Shown in pieces: positions 10,746-21,774 of a stretch of 64,000 nt of DNA (position 1 is its first letter; each line of letters starts with the position of its first letter). The DNA lies in NCBI GenBank assembly GCA_030525795.1, contig JAUNEB010000003.1, positions 1,179 to 65,178 of the forward strand. The letters run 5' to 3'. This DNA is from Aerococcaceae bacterium (lineage in GTDB: Bacteria; Bacillota; Bacilli; Lactobacillales; Aerococcaceae). The notes below the pieces were generated by a model. The model was given only the letters and a program-made list of their open reading frames with translations. It searched no databases and had not been told where the DNA came from. Both the position numbers and the translations under genes were made by a program.

Positions 10746-11432
10746 ATGATTATTTTGAAAAATGTCACAAAACAATACGACAACGGCATTATTGCTGTCA
10801 AAAACGTGTCATTGCGCATCGAGCAAGGCGAATTCGCCTACTTAATCGGCCCGAGCGGCTCTGGCAAATCTACTTTGATGAAATTATTGTATCGCGAAGA
10901 AATCGCCACTCAAGGCACTATCAAAGTCGGCAAATTTGATGTTGAACGCATTAAACAACGCCAAATCCCGTTTTTAAGACGAAGTGTTGGCGTCGTATTC
11001 CAAGACTTCAAACTTTTGCCAAAATTAAACGTCTATGAAAATGTCGCGTACGCGCTCGAAGTAACAGGAAAAAGCGGCAAAGAAATTAAAAAACGCGTCC
11101 TAGAAGTGCTTGACCTCGTCGGCTTACGCCACAAAATTCATCAATATCCGCACGAACTATCTGGCGGCGAGCAACAACGCATTGCAATCGCACGCGCCAT
11201 TGCCAATCGCCCAAGCGTTTTGATTACGGACGAGCCAACAGGAAACTTAGACCCTGAAACTGCGCTGGAAATCCATCGCGTCATCGAGCAAATTAACCAA
11301 AGCGGCACAACGGTTTTAATGGGGACGCACAACGACACTTTAGTCAACCAATTCAAACATCGCGTCATCCGCTTAGAAAAAGGCTCCATTATTTCCGACG
11401 ACGATAAGGGGGGATACCGTGAAACTTATTAG
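10746..11432 (+). CDS. ftsE: Cell division ATP-binding protein FtsE
   Basis: GPSGSGKST, VVFQDFKLL, LSGGEQQR, DEPTGNLD; follows prfB. Confidence 0.95.
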   Translation: MIILKNVTKQYDNGIIAVKNVSLRIEQGEFAYLIGPSGSGKSTLMKLLYREEIATQGTIKVGKFDVERIKQRQIPFLRRSVGVVFQDFKLLPKLNVYENVAYALEVTGKSGKEIKKRVLEVLDLVGLRHKIHQYPHELSGGEQQRIAIARAIANRPSVLITDEPTGNLDPETALEIHRVIEQINQSGTTVLMGTHNDTLVNQFKHRVIRLEKGSIISDDDKGGYRETY

Positions 11433-12306
11433 AAACTTTTTCCGTCACATTCGCGACGGTTTCCGCAATCTTTTTCGTAATGGATTGATGACAGTGGCGT
11501 CCATTTTCACAATGGCACTGACGTTATTCATGGTTGGCAGTCTTATCGCACTGTTTGCAAACGTTGAAAAAATTACCACTGACGTAGAAGATACCATTCA
11601 AGTGCGCGCTTATATTGATCTTGCAGCCAACACACAAGACGAAGTACTAACCCAAAACAAAATTAAACAAATTCCACACGTCACAAAAATTACGTATCGT
11701 ACTAAAGCCGAAGAACTGAAATCCATCGCTTCTACATTTGGTAGCGAATTTGAATGGACCGAAAGCACGAATCCATATCATAACGTGTTCGTCATTGATG
11801 TCGACAGCACGGAAAATTTGGAATCGGTCGCTAAAGCCGTTGAGGAATTGACATATATTTCAAACATCAACTATGGTGGCTCTGACGCACAAAATTTAAT
11901 TCAAACCATTGACTTAATTCGCTATGTAATGGCAATTATCGCCGCTGTATTTGTTGTTGTTGCTATTTTGCTCATTTCAAATACGATTCGTCTGACGATT
12001 TTTGCTCGTCAAACCGAAATCGAAATTATGCGTCTCGTTGGCGCGACAAATCGATTCATTCGTGCGCCGTTTAGTTTGGAAGGTGCGTTCATCGGTATAA
12101 TCGGCGCTGCCATCGCCTTCGGATTACTCTTAAGCGCTTATATCGCTCTACAAAAAGCACCCGAAGCAACACTCGGCTTAGCTAATTTAACGCTGTTGCC
12201 ATTGTATCCACTCATGCCCGTCATCGCGGTGTTACTTGGGGTACTCGGCATTGGTCTAGGAATTTTCGGCGCACGTCGTTCAACAAAACGCTTCTTAAAA
12301 ATTTAA
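11419..12306 (+). CDS. ftsX: Cell division permease FtsX
   Basis: Four TM helices, NTIRLTIFARQTEIEIMRLVGAT. Confidence 0.95.
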   Translation: MKLIRNFFRHIRDGFRNLFRNGLMTVASIFTMALTLFMVGSLIALFANVEKITTDVEDTIQVRAYIDLAANTQDEVLTQNKIKQIPHVTKITYRTKAEELKSIASTFGSEFEWTESTNPYHNVFVIDVDSTENLESVAKAVEELTYISNINYGGSDAQNLIQTIDLIRYVMAIIAAVFVVVAILLISNTIRLTIFARQTEIEIMRLVGATNRFIRAPFSLEGAFIGIIGAAIAFGLLLSAYIALQKAPEATLGLANLTLLPLYPLMPVIAVLLGVLGIGLGIFGARRSTKRFLKI

Positions 12307-12317
12307 GCTTTTTGCAT

Positions 12318-12357
12318 AAAAACATCGTTCCCTTCTCAAGAGGAAACGATGTTTTTT
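12318..12357. terminator. Bidirectional terminator between convergent ftsX and the downstream gene
   Basis: AAAAACATCGTT.CC...GGAAACGATGTTTTT inverted repeat. Confidence 0.75.
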
Positions 12358-12662
12358 TATAGACCTAATTTTTCTAAATACGGAAGCAACTGGTCTTTAT
12401 CACGCGCTTGTTGCGCACTCGAAATATTCGTCGGACTCAATTCGTAACGAAACGCAATATTTTCCGCTGATGCGTAAGCGACAATCGTTTCGCCTGTTTG
12501 CGCATCTTGCACGCGTTCGACACGCGCATAACGTTCTTCCAATAAAGCCATCATTTCTTGCGCCACTACTTCACGCAACAAGCGATACATTTCTGCCATG
12601 GGTCGTGGCAACAAATAAATATCCACTTGGACAAGATCTTGTTCAGGTTGTTTTTTTGCCAT
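12357..12662 (-). CDS. Hypothetical protein
   Basis: Intact ORF directly following the Cof hydrolase, ending at the terminator. Confidence 0.7.
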   Translation of the reverse strand: MAKKQPEQDLVQVDIYLLPRPMAEMYRLLREVVAQEMMALLEERYARVERVQDAQTGETIVAYASAENIAFRYELSPTNISSAQQARDKDQLLPYLEKLGL

Positions 12663-12671
12663 TTATTCATG

Positions 12672-13517
12672 TTACCTTTCTATGCGATATGCGTCCAAAA
12701 ACGCTAATGTTTCATCTTCAAGTAGCTGCTCCAAAACCGTCAACACCGCCTGTTCATTATTGGTGCCAATTTGGTAAGCTGCCATAGGCAAAATATCTGG
12801 GTCTGAATTGCCCATCGCGATACTATATTTGGCGGTTTTGAGCATGGTTTCGTCGTTTAAGCTATCACCGAACGCCATTACTTCTTCCGTCAAAATACCG
12901 AATTGTACTTTTAACGCATCAAGCGCCGCACCTTTTCCGCCTGAAATATGATAAATATCCAGCCATATATCGCCACTCGTCACTGCTCGCACTGTCGGAA
13001 ACAACGCATTGATCCGCTGCACCATTTGCTTCGTTTCAGGTAACGAATGTTCACTGGCAACCGCAATTTTGATGGGCGGCGTTGAAAAATCTGCCACATC
13101 AAACCGCTCAACCACTTGAACATCAGGATTGTATTGCCTAATGGACGCTTGAATCCGCTCAGGCAAACCACTTTGCATATACAAACGGTCGCACGTGCTT
13201 ACGGCGCAATGGTATCCTTTTTGTTCCGCCAAAAATGCCGTTACTGCCATAAATTCCTGCGCATCAATCGCAGTCACTTTCAATTCTTGACCCTTGTGCG
13301 ACAAGTAATTGCCGTTATCACTCGCAAAATACAACTTCTGTTGATCTTCTTCATCAAAATACTCGCCTAATTTGGCTAAGTTATTGCCCGTCGCAATACA
13401 AACGAACATACCTTTTGCAATCAGTTGTTGTAACACCCGCTTGAATCGCGCAATGTCATACGTTTTATCATCTCGCAACAACGTCGCGTCCATGTCAATG
13501 GCTATTAGTTTTATCAT
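12672..13517 (-). CDS. Cof-type HAD-IIB hydrolase
   Basis: IAIDMDATLL, ATG, K motif, AFGDSLND. Confidence 0.92.
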   Translation of the reverse strand: MIKLIAIDMDATLLRDDKTYDIARFKRVLQQLIAKGMFVCIATGNNLAKLGEYFDEEDQQKLYFASDNGNYLSHKGQELKVTAIDAQEFMAVTAFLAEQKGYHCAVSTCDRLYMQSGLPERIQASIRQYNPDVQVVERFDVADFSTPPIKIAVASEHSLPETKQMVQRINALFPTVRAVTSGDIWLDIYHISGGKGAALDALKVQFGILTEEVMAFGDSLNDETMLKTAKYSIAMGNSDPDILPMAAYQIGTNNEQAVLTVLEQLLEDETLAFLDAYRIER

Positions 13518-13713
13518 ATAATTTGCCTTTCTGCCAATTTAGGAGCCAAAAGAAAACAAATCCACTTTGGCACCACCATTCTGTTCTCCTGTTTATACTA
13601 CCAAAAAAATGAAATTTATTCCATAATCTAAGAACGATTGACTGAAACAAAAACTCGAATAGCTTTCACTACCCGAGTTAGCACTTTATCCGTCCCTTAC
13701 TTACTATCCACAA

Positions 13714-14745
13714 CTAAACTAATATGCCATCTTGCCAATAAAGTTCTGTTTTTCTAAAATAGTTTGCCGACATTTCATCATTAACAGTACATAACTTTTG
13801 AGCAATTTTAACTACCATTTTCATCGCTTGCTCATTTTCAGGTGAACACATTATTAAGTAGCCTGTTCCTAAATTCTCACTTGGTACGGTTAAACCTACT
13901 AAGCCGCACATATTTACAACTTTTAAAAAACCTTTATTGGATTTCATCTGGATTTCCCTTGTAGTACTATCAAAATGCCCCAATATACTATCTCCAATAC
14001 CTACGAGATCAATTGGACCTTCTTTTGAAATAACAATGTCAAAATGCCCTAGCATTTCTTTCAGATTACTAATCAATTCCTCTCTGCTAGACGTATATTT
14101 ATAAGACAAATCAATCTTAGCAGTTTCTACTTTTAATTCATTTAAATCTATTTGACAGTCTGACCCGATTTTTAATGGGTTCATTAATTCAAATTCTTCA
14201 AAATCGTGAATTAAGTCAAATATTGAGAAGATTTCTTCTAGTATCGTTAACTTTTTTGTCATGAAGCCAATTGTGGGTACAAATGAAATATTATCTGTTG
14301 ACTGCTTCACGACTTCTTTTGAAAACCGATTAAACCCAGGATGAATAATCCCAATCAGGTTCAAAGCCATAGCAGGTCCCAATACCGAACCGCCGCCGTC
14401 CGTTCCCACACCAATATCATTTATCTCTAAAAAAACATTAATGGCCGTTCCGCTTGACGATCCTGTCATTGGCCTTCCTGTAATCGGATTTTGCAAATCA
14501 AAATCAATTGCTCGGCCTCCTAAGCTCGCTTTATCTACCGTATGTAGTAAATAACCCTTCCTTTCCATAAATTGAATAAACTCATCAGATATATACGGCA
14601 CATTTTTTACTCCCATATAACCTTTTGATTCAGAAGAAATGTTTTCAAAAGCTTGAGGATGAACTTTAATGACTGATTTAAATAAATTGCGTAGTGCCAT
14701 CATTGTTTTTAATCCATACTGTTTTATTTTTTGTTCGTCATTCAA
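13714..14745 (-). CDS. Amidase-signature family protein
   Basis: GVKN, MTGSSSGTA, GTDGGGSV (Lys-Ser-Ser triad pattern). Confidence 0.8.
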   Translation of the reverse strand: MNDEQKIKQYGLKTMMALRNLFKSVIKVHPQAFENISSESKGYMGVKNVPYISDEFIQFMERKGYLLHTVDKASLGGRAIDFDLQNPITGRPMTGSSSGTAINVFLEINDIGVGTDGGGSVLGPAMALNLIGIIHPGFNRFSKEVVKQSTDNISFVPTIGFMTKKLTILEEIFSIFDLIHDFEEFELMNPLKIGSDCQIDLNELKVETAKIDLSYKYTSSREELISNLKEMLGHFDIVISKEGPIDLVGIGDSILGHFDSTTREIQMKSNKGFLKVVNMCGLVGLTVPSENLGTGYLIMCSPENEQAMKMVVKIAQKLCTVNDEMSANYFRKTELYWQDGILV

Positions 14746-14759
14746 AGGATTTACCTACT

Positions 14760-15968
14760 TTATTTTAATAAAGACCAGAATGATTCTCCATTTTGAGGAT
14801 GTGAAACACCAAAATAATCTGCTACTGTAGCCGCAATATCCGCCATTGTATGACGGTGTCCTAGTCTTATGCCTTCTGTTCCTTTTCGATACAAAAGTAT
14901 TGGAACACACTCACGCGTATGGTTACTATGTCCAATAGTAGGATCATTTCCATGATCAGCCGTAACAATTAAAATATCTTCTTCGTTCAATAATGGAATT
15001 ATTTCTTCAATACGTCGATTGCTTAACTCAAGTCGGTTGGCGTATCGTTCGACATCTTGAGCATGACCCGCTAAGTCTGTCTCTTGAATATTTAACGCAA
15101 TAAATCCATGCTCGATTGCCTCGATTTCTTTTTTCAAACAGTCAAATAAATATTCTGAATCCACGCCAGGAAATAGACGCTTACTATCTGTTTGGATGAT
15201 ATCCGCTACTTTCCCCAAAAAAGAGACTGCAATGCCTGCTTTATCTAAAATCGTAGGAATTTGATAATTTTTGTCAATTCCGTATCCTAAATGAACTACT
15301 TGATAATCATGTAAATAAACACCCGATTCCGGTGCGTCAACACCTGCAATCTCATTGTTTTTCACCTTATAAGCATTCAATAAATTATTAAGCGTAATTT
15401 GACGTCCTCCAAATGTAATTACGCGCGATACATGTACAACGCTCCTTACGATTTCACCTATTTTCCTTAAATCTTCGAATGAAATATAATCTAAGCAAGA
15501 TGAAACATTGTAAACTTGACCATAATCTGTTTCCAAATTATCTCCCACCGTAGCAACTTCATTAACAATTAATATCTGCGTTCCAGGATTACCATAGCGT
15601 CTTACAAAATATCCTGAATCTATCAAAGCTTTTTCTACATCATCTATCTTATGATTAAAGGCTTCAATTAGAGGTATCTTAGGCGTAGTTCCCATGATTT
15701 CTTGATGTCCCAAAAAAGAATCCGCGCCATAATGACTCAAATCACTTTTCCCAAAATTTGCTTTTGAACTAAATCGATGATGGCTGACTTCCTCGCCTAT
15801 CGTGTTCATCAATCCCATTTTTTCTAAGCGGGATAAGTCAATCGAGTTTTTTTGCTGAATAATATGCAAAGCTGTATTGCTACCAATATCCCTTGGTCGT
15901 ACTTCTGGCACATCTTTCATTGCCCCAACGCCAAAACTGTCTAAGATAACTAAAACAAACTTACCCAA
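14760..15968 (-). CDS. Phosphopentomutase-like protein (YhfW)
   Basis: ILDSFGVG, GHQEIMG, ETDLAGH, TADHGNDP, HTRECVP; start placed at TTG behind GGAG. Confidence 0.85.
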   Translation of the reverse strand: MGKFVLVILDSFGVGAMKDVPEVRPRDIGSNTALHIIQQKNSIDLSRLEKMGLMNTIGEEVSHHRFSSKANFGKSDLSHYGADSFLGHQEIMGTTPKIPLIEAFNHKIDDVEKALIDSGYFVRRYGNPGTQILIVNEVATVGDNLETDYGQVYNVSSCLDYISFEDLRKIGEIVRSVVHVSRVITFGGRQITLNNLLNAYKVKNNEIAGVDAPESGVYLHDYQVVHLGYGIDKNYQIPTILDKAGIAVSFLGKVADIIQTDSKRLFPGVDSEYLFDCLKKEIEAIEHGFIALNIQETDLAGHAQDVERYANRLELSNRRIEEIIPLLNEEDILIVTADHGNDPTIGHSNHTRECVPILLYRKGTEGIRLGHRHTMADIAATVADYFGVSHPQNGESFWSLLK

Positions 15969-17127
15969 GACGATCATCTCCAATTCTGTTTCCCAAACTA
16001 TCATAAATTCCCACAAGACGCGGCGCACCATTGTGTAAACCTTCTACAATGGCTACATCACTTCTGGTGACAAATATTTGGGTCCGAAAGGCACCAATAA
16101 CTGTTGAGCCTACAGGATGATTTTTATTTAATTCAATATAATAATCAATACTCTCAGGAGATAGTGAATTGATTCTATCGTCCTCAATCATGCCATTTTG
16201 AAAAACTTTTACATTTTCAAAATGTCCCCGTCTATAGTAGCCACCACCAAAAATATAACTTTTGTCTTTCATGTTATGTGATATTTCACTCACATATACC
16301 ATAGCGGGTATTTCAGCTAATTCGCGGACGGCATGCATTGGAGTAGTCCCCGTTAATGCATGCCCAGGTTCGCCTTGCGTACCTCCAAATTCACTTATCG
16401 CCGAGATTGTCCAAGCACAAGTTGCAGAGGGCATATTCATTTCAATATCAGACAAGCCTTCCTCTTCAAGAATTTTTTTTGCTGCAAGGAGTGTTCTTAA
16501 ATTATGCGTTGAAGAAAGTTCTTGATTATCATCAATTAAAAAACATGGAAAAGAAGTAATTCCTGCAATTTTAACCGACGATTCATTTTTCAGAAGTGCT
16601 ACTACATCGTGTAATTCCGATAGTCGAAACCCTCCGTTTTGTCCTTCGTATATCCAGTCCGATGGCTCTACAACTTTCAACAATAACTTTTGAACAATAT
16701 TTTCCTGTTTGGCGATTTCAATAATTTGTTTAATTTTATCCATTGAAAAAACGGTTAAATAATCAGCACCGTATGTCATAATCTGTTTGAGTAGTTGACT
16801 TGGGATTTGGACAAGATGTCCTACATTGCCTAAAGGAATATTCGCATTCATCATGACTAGCGCCTCTTTATAATCAACAACTACTGCTTTTTCAATCGCT
16901 TGTTCACTTATTTTTTTAGCGATGAGAGGATTTCGACCAATTTGTTTTGCCATAAAAAATAATTCAATATTTTTTTCTAAAGCTACTTCAGAAATTTTTT
17001 TTGCATTTCCAATAATTGAATCTAAATCCAATACAAATGTATCGGGCAATATTTTCCCTTCTTGATGAAGTTGTACTGCAAAATCGATAAGCTTCGGATT
17101 TCTATGTTCGGTAGCTTTCAAAAACAT
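15961..17127 (-). CDS. YhfX family PLP-dependent enzyme (alanine-racemase fold)
   Basis: ILPDTFVLDLD, MAKQIGRNP, GNVGHLVQIP, GEPGHALTGTTP. Confidence 0.85.
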   Translation of the reverse strand: MFLKATEHRNPKLIDFAVQLHQEGKILPDTFVLDLDSIIGNAKKISEVALEKNIELFFMAKQIGRNPLIAKKISEQAIEKAVVVDYKEALVMMNANIPLGNVGHLVQIPSQLLKQIMTYGADYLTVFSMDKIKQIIEIAKQENIVQKLLLKVVEPSDWIYEGQNGGFRLSELHDVVALLKNESSVKIAGITSFPCFLIDDNQELSSTHNLRTLLAAKKILEEEGLSDIEMNMPSATCAWTISAISEFGGTQGEPGHALTGTTPMHAVRELAEIPAMVYVSEISHNMKDKSYIFGGGYYRRGHFENVKVFQNGMIEDDRINSLSPESIDYYIELNKNHPVGSTVIGAFRTQIFVTRSDVAIVEGLHNGAPRLVGIYDSLGNRIGDDRLG

Positions 17128-17131
17128 AACA

Positions 17132-17488
17132 TCACTCCTTATTTAACAAATTAGTCAGATGAAGATAAATATAATGTTTCTCATTGTCTGAAAAATTGTC
17201 TCTCGTATATTTTTTTGAGATACTCTCCCAGATTTCCTTGCTCTGCATATAATGTTCGTTCTTCTCCACTTCATCTAAAATAAATTTGTCCATTTCGCCT
17301 ATAGAATAGTCATTTAATTTCCGACGAGAATCGGCCATGGCTAAATGGGTTAAAAAAACATCTGCCTCATTATCTGCTTGAATCAATTCTAGTTCTTTAA
17401 AATTCGCCAATACATTCAATGCAAATTGATAAGTATCTTCATCAATAACCTTTGAGTCTTGCAAAATTTTTAATTTTTCTAAAATCAA
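17132..17488 (-). CDS. PRD-domain protein (YhfY-like)
   Basis: FLTHLAMADSR and YIYLHL PRD histidine motifs; cluster context. Confidence 0.75.
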   Translation of the reverse strand: MILEKLKILQDSKVIDEDTYQFALNVLANFKELELIQADNEADVFLTHLAMADSRRKLNDYSIGEMDKFILDEVEKNEHYMQSKEIWESISKKYTRDNFSDNEKHYIYLHLTNLLNKE

Positions 17489-17499
17489 ATAATTACCTC

Positions 17500-18426
17500 C
17501 TAGTATTGTGGTAATACGGTTCCTTCAACAACTAATTGTTGAATCTTTAAGATGGTTTCTTTATCTATTCTTGTATTAAATATCGCCCGAATCACATCAT
17601 CATCTTTGTGGCTTATAATCACACTCGTATCCATTGAAGGATCGTGGTGTTCATCGGGTAATTTTATCCAATGAATATCATTGTATCCCTTATCTTTTAT
17701 TTCATCTATATTCCAAATGCCTGCATCTATCCATCCGTTTCGCAAGGCATTTATGATTTGACTGCCATTAATTTCAACAAACTGGACCTCTAGTCCTTGT
17801 GTCAGTTTTTCTGTTAATTTATATTGATCGATTGAATCGTAGTCAATCCCGATTTTCATTTTATTTCGGATGGCTATTTCATTAGCATCCCGCAATAGTA
17901 ACACGTGTTCGCTCAAATACGTTTTGTCTTTAAACTCTACAATCATCTCAATCGGTTCTCCTTTTCGGATGGCTTCTTGAGCTGCAAATTTAGATACAAC
18001 CGCAAATTTATACATGCGCGTAACAACTGATTTGATTCTTTCTTTCGCTCCACGAATATACGCAATATTCACCGGGATATTCGCTTCTTGAAATACGGTA
18101 TAAATACCTGTTGCAAATCCCTCATAAAGTTTTGAATAAGGCAGCGTCATCGTCCCGATAATCGTTTCAGATAATGCATATTCCTGTAGCACCGAGTAAT
18201 TAATTTCTTTGATATATGACCCCAGTCTTCCTTTTGATTCCACTTCAAAACCGCCTACGGCCTTCAAAAACTCAATTGCATTCTGAACAGTTCCTCTAGA
18301 AACATTAAATTCTTCCTGAAATTCGGAAATACTCGGCAATCGATCATCCACTTTCAACTTCATTAAGGATGAAGAAAGCTTTCTAACTACCTGTCCTTTC
18401 TTCATTAAAAAACTTTCTGTCATCAT
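17500..18426 (-). CDS. GntR-family regulator YhfZ
   Basis: N-terminal wHTH RLPSISE...VSRGTVQNA; TLPYSKLYEGFATG. Confidence 0.85.
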   Translation of the reverse strand: MMTESFLMKKGQVVRKLSSSLMKLKVDDRLPSISEFQEEFNVSRGTVQNAIEFLKAVGGFEVESKGRLGSYIKEINYSVLQEYALSETIIGTMTLPYSKLYEGFATGIYTVFQEANIPVNIAYIRGAKERIKSVVTRMYKFAVVSKFAAQEAIRKGEPIEMIVEFKDKTYLSEHVLLLRDANEIAIRNKMKIGIDYDSIDQYKLTEKLTQGLEVQFVEINGSQIINALRNGWIDAGIWNIDEIKDKGYNDIHWIKLPDEHHDPSMDTSVIISHKDDDVIRAIFNTRIDKETILKIQQLVVEGTVLPQY

Positions 18427-18435
18427 ATCATCCCT

Positions 18436-19542
18436 TTAAACTTTATTTATTTTAAAATCATTAATAGACTTTGACAATATATTCATAATTGTATCTGCCC
18501 CAGCTCTGTTAGGATTTATTCGTATCATAAAATCTTCTGCTTCATTATCTGTTTCTCTAAATGTTCCAGATACTCTATAGATAAGTGGGCAAAATTCATA
18601 CTTAGATTCTGCTCCTACAGGATTTGGTAAAGCGCCATACTGACTTGAGCGTTGAATTATTTCTTTTGCGATAGGCTCGTTCATTTTCAATACTACCACT
18701 TTAGATTGCGCATTTACAATAACAGCCTCTTTAATTTCAGGTATCTCTCCATTATTAATTCTATTCATGACTTCCTCGCAAACAGTCGCTGAGATTGCTT
18801 GAGATACCGGAACATAAATCATTCCTTTTAACACATCGAGTGCTTCATGGCCTTGGACTTGGCCGCCACCAGAATAGTTTTCTTGTTTTAAACGCGTAAT
18901 CCATTTGCGCTTGCCAACAATACATCCTATCCCTTCTGGCCCCAATAATTTAAATGTCGAAAAGCAAGATAAATCCGCTCCAAACTCGCAACCAATCCCT
19001 GCCGTTTTAAGAACCGCGTAATTATCGTCCGTGATAATAGGTAGTTCTGGATAATTAGATTTAAAGAAATGTATCAACTCGTTTAAATCATAAGAATCCG
19101 TTAATTTTTGACGCGTTGTTTGAATAAGCACACCGTCTACATCTTGGGAATCTAGCACCCTCATAATTTTTTGATAATCATTGTAATCAGCTGTTACACT
19201 TTCTATCCCTAGCATTTCTAATGAAACTTTAGTAGTTGGATACATTGGTGCGTCATGAATCAATAGTGTTTGATTCTTTTTTAATATTGAGTGCATCGCT
19301 AATCGAATCGCATTCGTTCCAGATCCTCTAACTAGCATGGCAGCTTCTGCATTAAAAAACTCTGCTATCACTTTTTCGACTTTGTCCGTAGTAATAGGAC
19401 GATTTAGTTTAGGAGTAATGCCTAAATCTCCTCTAGTTAGTATTTCGTTGCCTGAAAAATGATGTGTAATGCACTCAATCAACTTAAATTGTAACTTTTG
19501 AGCCTCAATAATCGATAAACTTTTTAGTGGATAAGCCTCCAT
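18436..19542 (-). CDS. Class V-fold PLP-dependent enzyme (YhfS-like)
   Basis: YPLKSLS, RGSGTNAIR, TDDNYAV, FSTFKLLGPEG. Confidence 0.85.
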   Translation of the reverse strand: MEAYPLKSLSIIEAQKLQFKLIECITHHFSGNEILTRGDLGITPKLNRPITTDKVEKVIAEFFNAEAAMLVRGSGTNAIRLAMHSILKKNQTLLIHDAPMYPTTKVSLEMLGIESVTADYNDYQKIMRVLDSQDVDGVLIQTTRQKLTDSYDLNELIHFFKSNYPELPIITDDNYAVLKTAGIGCEFGADLSCFSTFKLLGPEGIGCIVGKRKWITRLKQENYSGGGQVQGHEALDVLKGMIYVPVSQAISATVCEEVMNRINNGEIPEIKEAVIVNAQSKVVVLKMNEPIAKEIIQRSSQYGALPNPVGAESKYEFCPLIYRVSGTFRETDNEAEDFMIRINPNRAGADTIMNILSKSINDFKINKV

Positions 19543-20426
19543 TAGTGCACCCCTTTGAAGAACTGTTTAGGATTTTCAATTAACATTTTATCTATAAATT
19601 TTTTAGACACGCCTTCATCAAGTGCTCTAGGTACAAATTCATCCAACAGGTAAGAATACCCTATTCCACCTAGATAATTTAAATTTGATTTTCTCGTAAT
19701 ATCCATAGATAAAAATACCTTGTCAATAAAACCTCTTTTTTCAATTTCTTTTAGCATATTAATTCTCAACAAGTCAGGCTGATAATTTTCTTTTCCGACA
19801 GTATCCAACTCTACGTATACACCTTGATCCAGCATTCTTAAAACGTAGTCTGCATCCCCCGTCAAATCAACATGACCAATCACTACCTTATTCAAATCAA
19901 TCGCATTTTTTTTGAAATAAGCAACTTGCTCGTGACCGTATGTTCCTAATGTTGTATGTGTTGAAATCGGAATTCCTGTTTCTTTATGCACAATCACAGA
20001 AGCGTCAAAAACTTTTCTTTCGTTTGGGGTCATTATATTTTTACTGGTTGCAATTTCTCCAATAATTTTTGCTTGAATAGTCGTATCGGCTATCCCTGTC
20101 GTTATTTCTTTTAACATGAGTTGACTCAGATCATCGACGGTGGCCTCATTAACAAAGTTTGGCAAAAACTTTTCTTGGTAAAAACCCGTTGCTTGAATAA
20201 TATTTATCCCTGAAGCTTCTGCTACTTTTTGAACATATTCTGGATTGCGGCGCATGTCTAAGTTCGTTACATCAACAATATTTCGGACACCTTTACTGTA
20301 AAGCTGTTGAAACTCTTTTATTGTTTCATCGAAACAATCTAAGTTAGTATCTTGATCGCCTTTTAGTCTCGATAAATCAATGGTTGTGTGTTCGTGCATG
20401 TAAGTTATTCCGTCTAAAAGAACCAT
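19542..20426 (-). CDS. php: Phosphotriesterase-homology protein
   Basis: HEH metal motif, IGEI, THTT, IGHVD, SMDITR. Confidence 0.88.
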   Translation of the reverse strand: MVLLDGITYMHEHTTIDLSRLKGDQDTNLDCFDETIKEFQQLYSKGVRNIVDVTNLDMRRNPEYVQKVAEASGINIIQATGFYQEKFLPNFVNEATVDDLSQLMLKEITTGIADTTIQAKIIGEIATSKNIMTPNERKVFDASVIVHKETGIPISTHTTLGTYGHEQVAYFKKNAIDLNKVVIGHVDLTGDADYVLRMLDQGVYVELDTVGKENYQPDLLRINMLKEIEKRGFIDKVFLSMDITRKSNLNYLGGIGYSYLLDEFVPRALDEGVSKKFIDKMLIENPKQFFKGVH

Positions 20427-20436
20427 CCTTTGTCTC

Positions 20437-21753
20437 CTATCCAGCTACTACGGGTGTGAATAATCCCAATAAGTACAAAATATTGACAATAATTCCTAAT
20501 GAAATGGCTGCGATTGGCCCCACTGCTAACTCAACCACAGGTTTATTTGCTTTTCTATTTAATAACAACAAGCCTACTACCCAGAAATAACCGATGCCAG
20601 GAGCAATTTGTTCTGATGCAGCTGCCCCACCAATTAACAAGGCGATTTCCAACACTTTATTCATTGCAGTACGAATATGTTCACCCATATCTCGAATTCC
20701 AGGGAACTTATCCAATGTTTTGGCCATTAATGAGAGTAATCGAATTTCAACAAACATAACGGCAGCGCCCGCAATAAATGCTACAAGTGGATTTCCTTTT
20801 AATAACATTCCTACTACAAACACAAACGTTGTCCCCGCTGGGCTGTAAACACCTGTAACAATCGCGGTTGAGAAGACCAATGGAATAAATCCAATTCCTC
20901 GCGCAAAAGCGGCTAAAGCGGCTTCTGCTACTTTACCTTCAGATAGTAACTTTAATGAGATAGGATCTCCCGCTACTAGCATCAAACTCGTTGAAGCTGC
21001 AACTAAACCACCTGTGATGGTTAACCACATCCAGTTTCCCTTAATACGATTTACCCGTTCCAAAAAGACACTCATCAACATTTCATTTGAATTATTACCA
21101 TCACCTTTAACTTGGATAGCAAATACAATCATGAAAATCATACCTACTAATAACGACGTACCTTCTGCACTGAGTTTAATAGACGTTGCTTCATTTAATT
21201 GGAATACACCAAATTGTTTTACTGTAAATAAGGTTAACAAAGTTGCTACAAAAGCAATAGCCGCTTTTTTAAAGCCGTGTTGACTCGCAATGGCTACTGC
21301 AGGAAAAATACTAAATGCCACAACAATTGGGGCTCCAACCGCAGATAGTGACGGCATAAAGTTGACGGGAAGTTTCGCAAAAAGATCAACAACGGCTTGT
21401 AAACCTAGCACTAATCCCACACCATACAATGCCCCAATAACACCTGAAATTATCCAACCATTCTTACCTTCTGGAGCCCATGATCCGATAATATCTGTCA
21501 TTAACAAAATACTATGAATTAAAATGATTGTTGCGCCAATAGAAACCGGAATCCCAAATCCAATAACTAAACCAAAACTTAATGCAAAACTCGTCGCCGC
21601 TAATTCTTTCTTACCGATTTTTCCCTCCAAGAACTCTGGCATAATAGGTCTTAGTCCGTCATTAAAAACTGCAATTCCTTTATTTGAGAGTATTGAAGCC
21701 AATCCACCCAATAAAGCAACGGCGATTAATTCTAATACTTTTCCTTCTAACAT
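20437..21753 (-). CDS. YhfT family membrane transporter
   Basis: Multi-TM; AVFNDGLRPIMPE signature. Confidence 0.85.
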   Translation of the reverse strand: MLEGKVLELIAVALLGGLASILSNKGIAVFNDGLRPIMPEFLEGKIGKKELAATSFALSFGLVIGFGIPVSIGATIILIHSILLMTDIIGSWAPEGKNGWIISGVIGALYGVGLVLGLQAVVDLFAKLPVNFMPSLSAVGAPIVVAFSIFPAVAIASQHGFKKAAIAFVATLLTLFTVKQFGVFQLNEATSIKLSAEGTSLLVGMIFMIVFAIQVKGDGNNSNEMLMSVFLERVNRIKGNWMWLTITGGLVAASTSLMLVAGDPISLKLLSEGKVAEAALAAFARGIGFIPLVFSTAIVTGVYSPAGTTFVFVVGMLLKGNPLVAFIAGAAVMFVEIRLLSLMAKTLDKFPGIRDMGEHIRTAMNKVLEIALLIGGAAASEQIAPGIGYFWVVGLLLLNRKANKPVVELAVGPIAAISLGIIVNILYLLGLFTPVVAG

Positions 21754-21774
21754 ACTAATTCTCCTTCCGTTTCG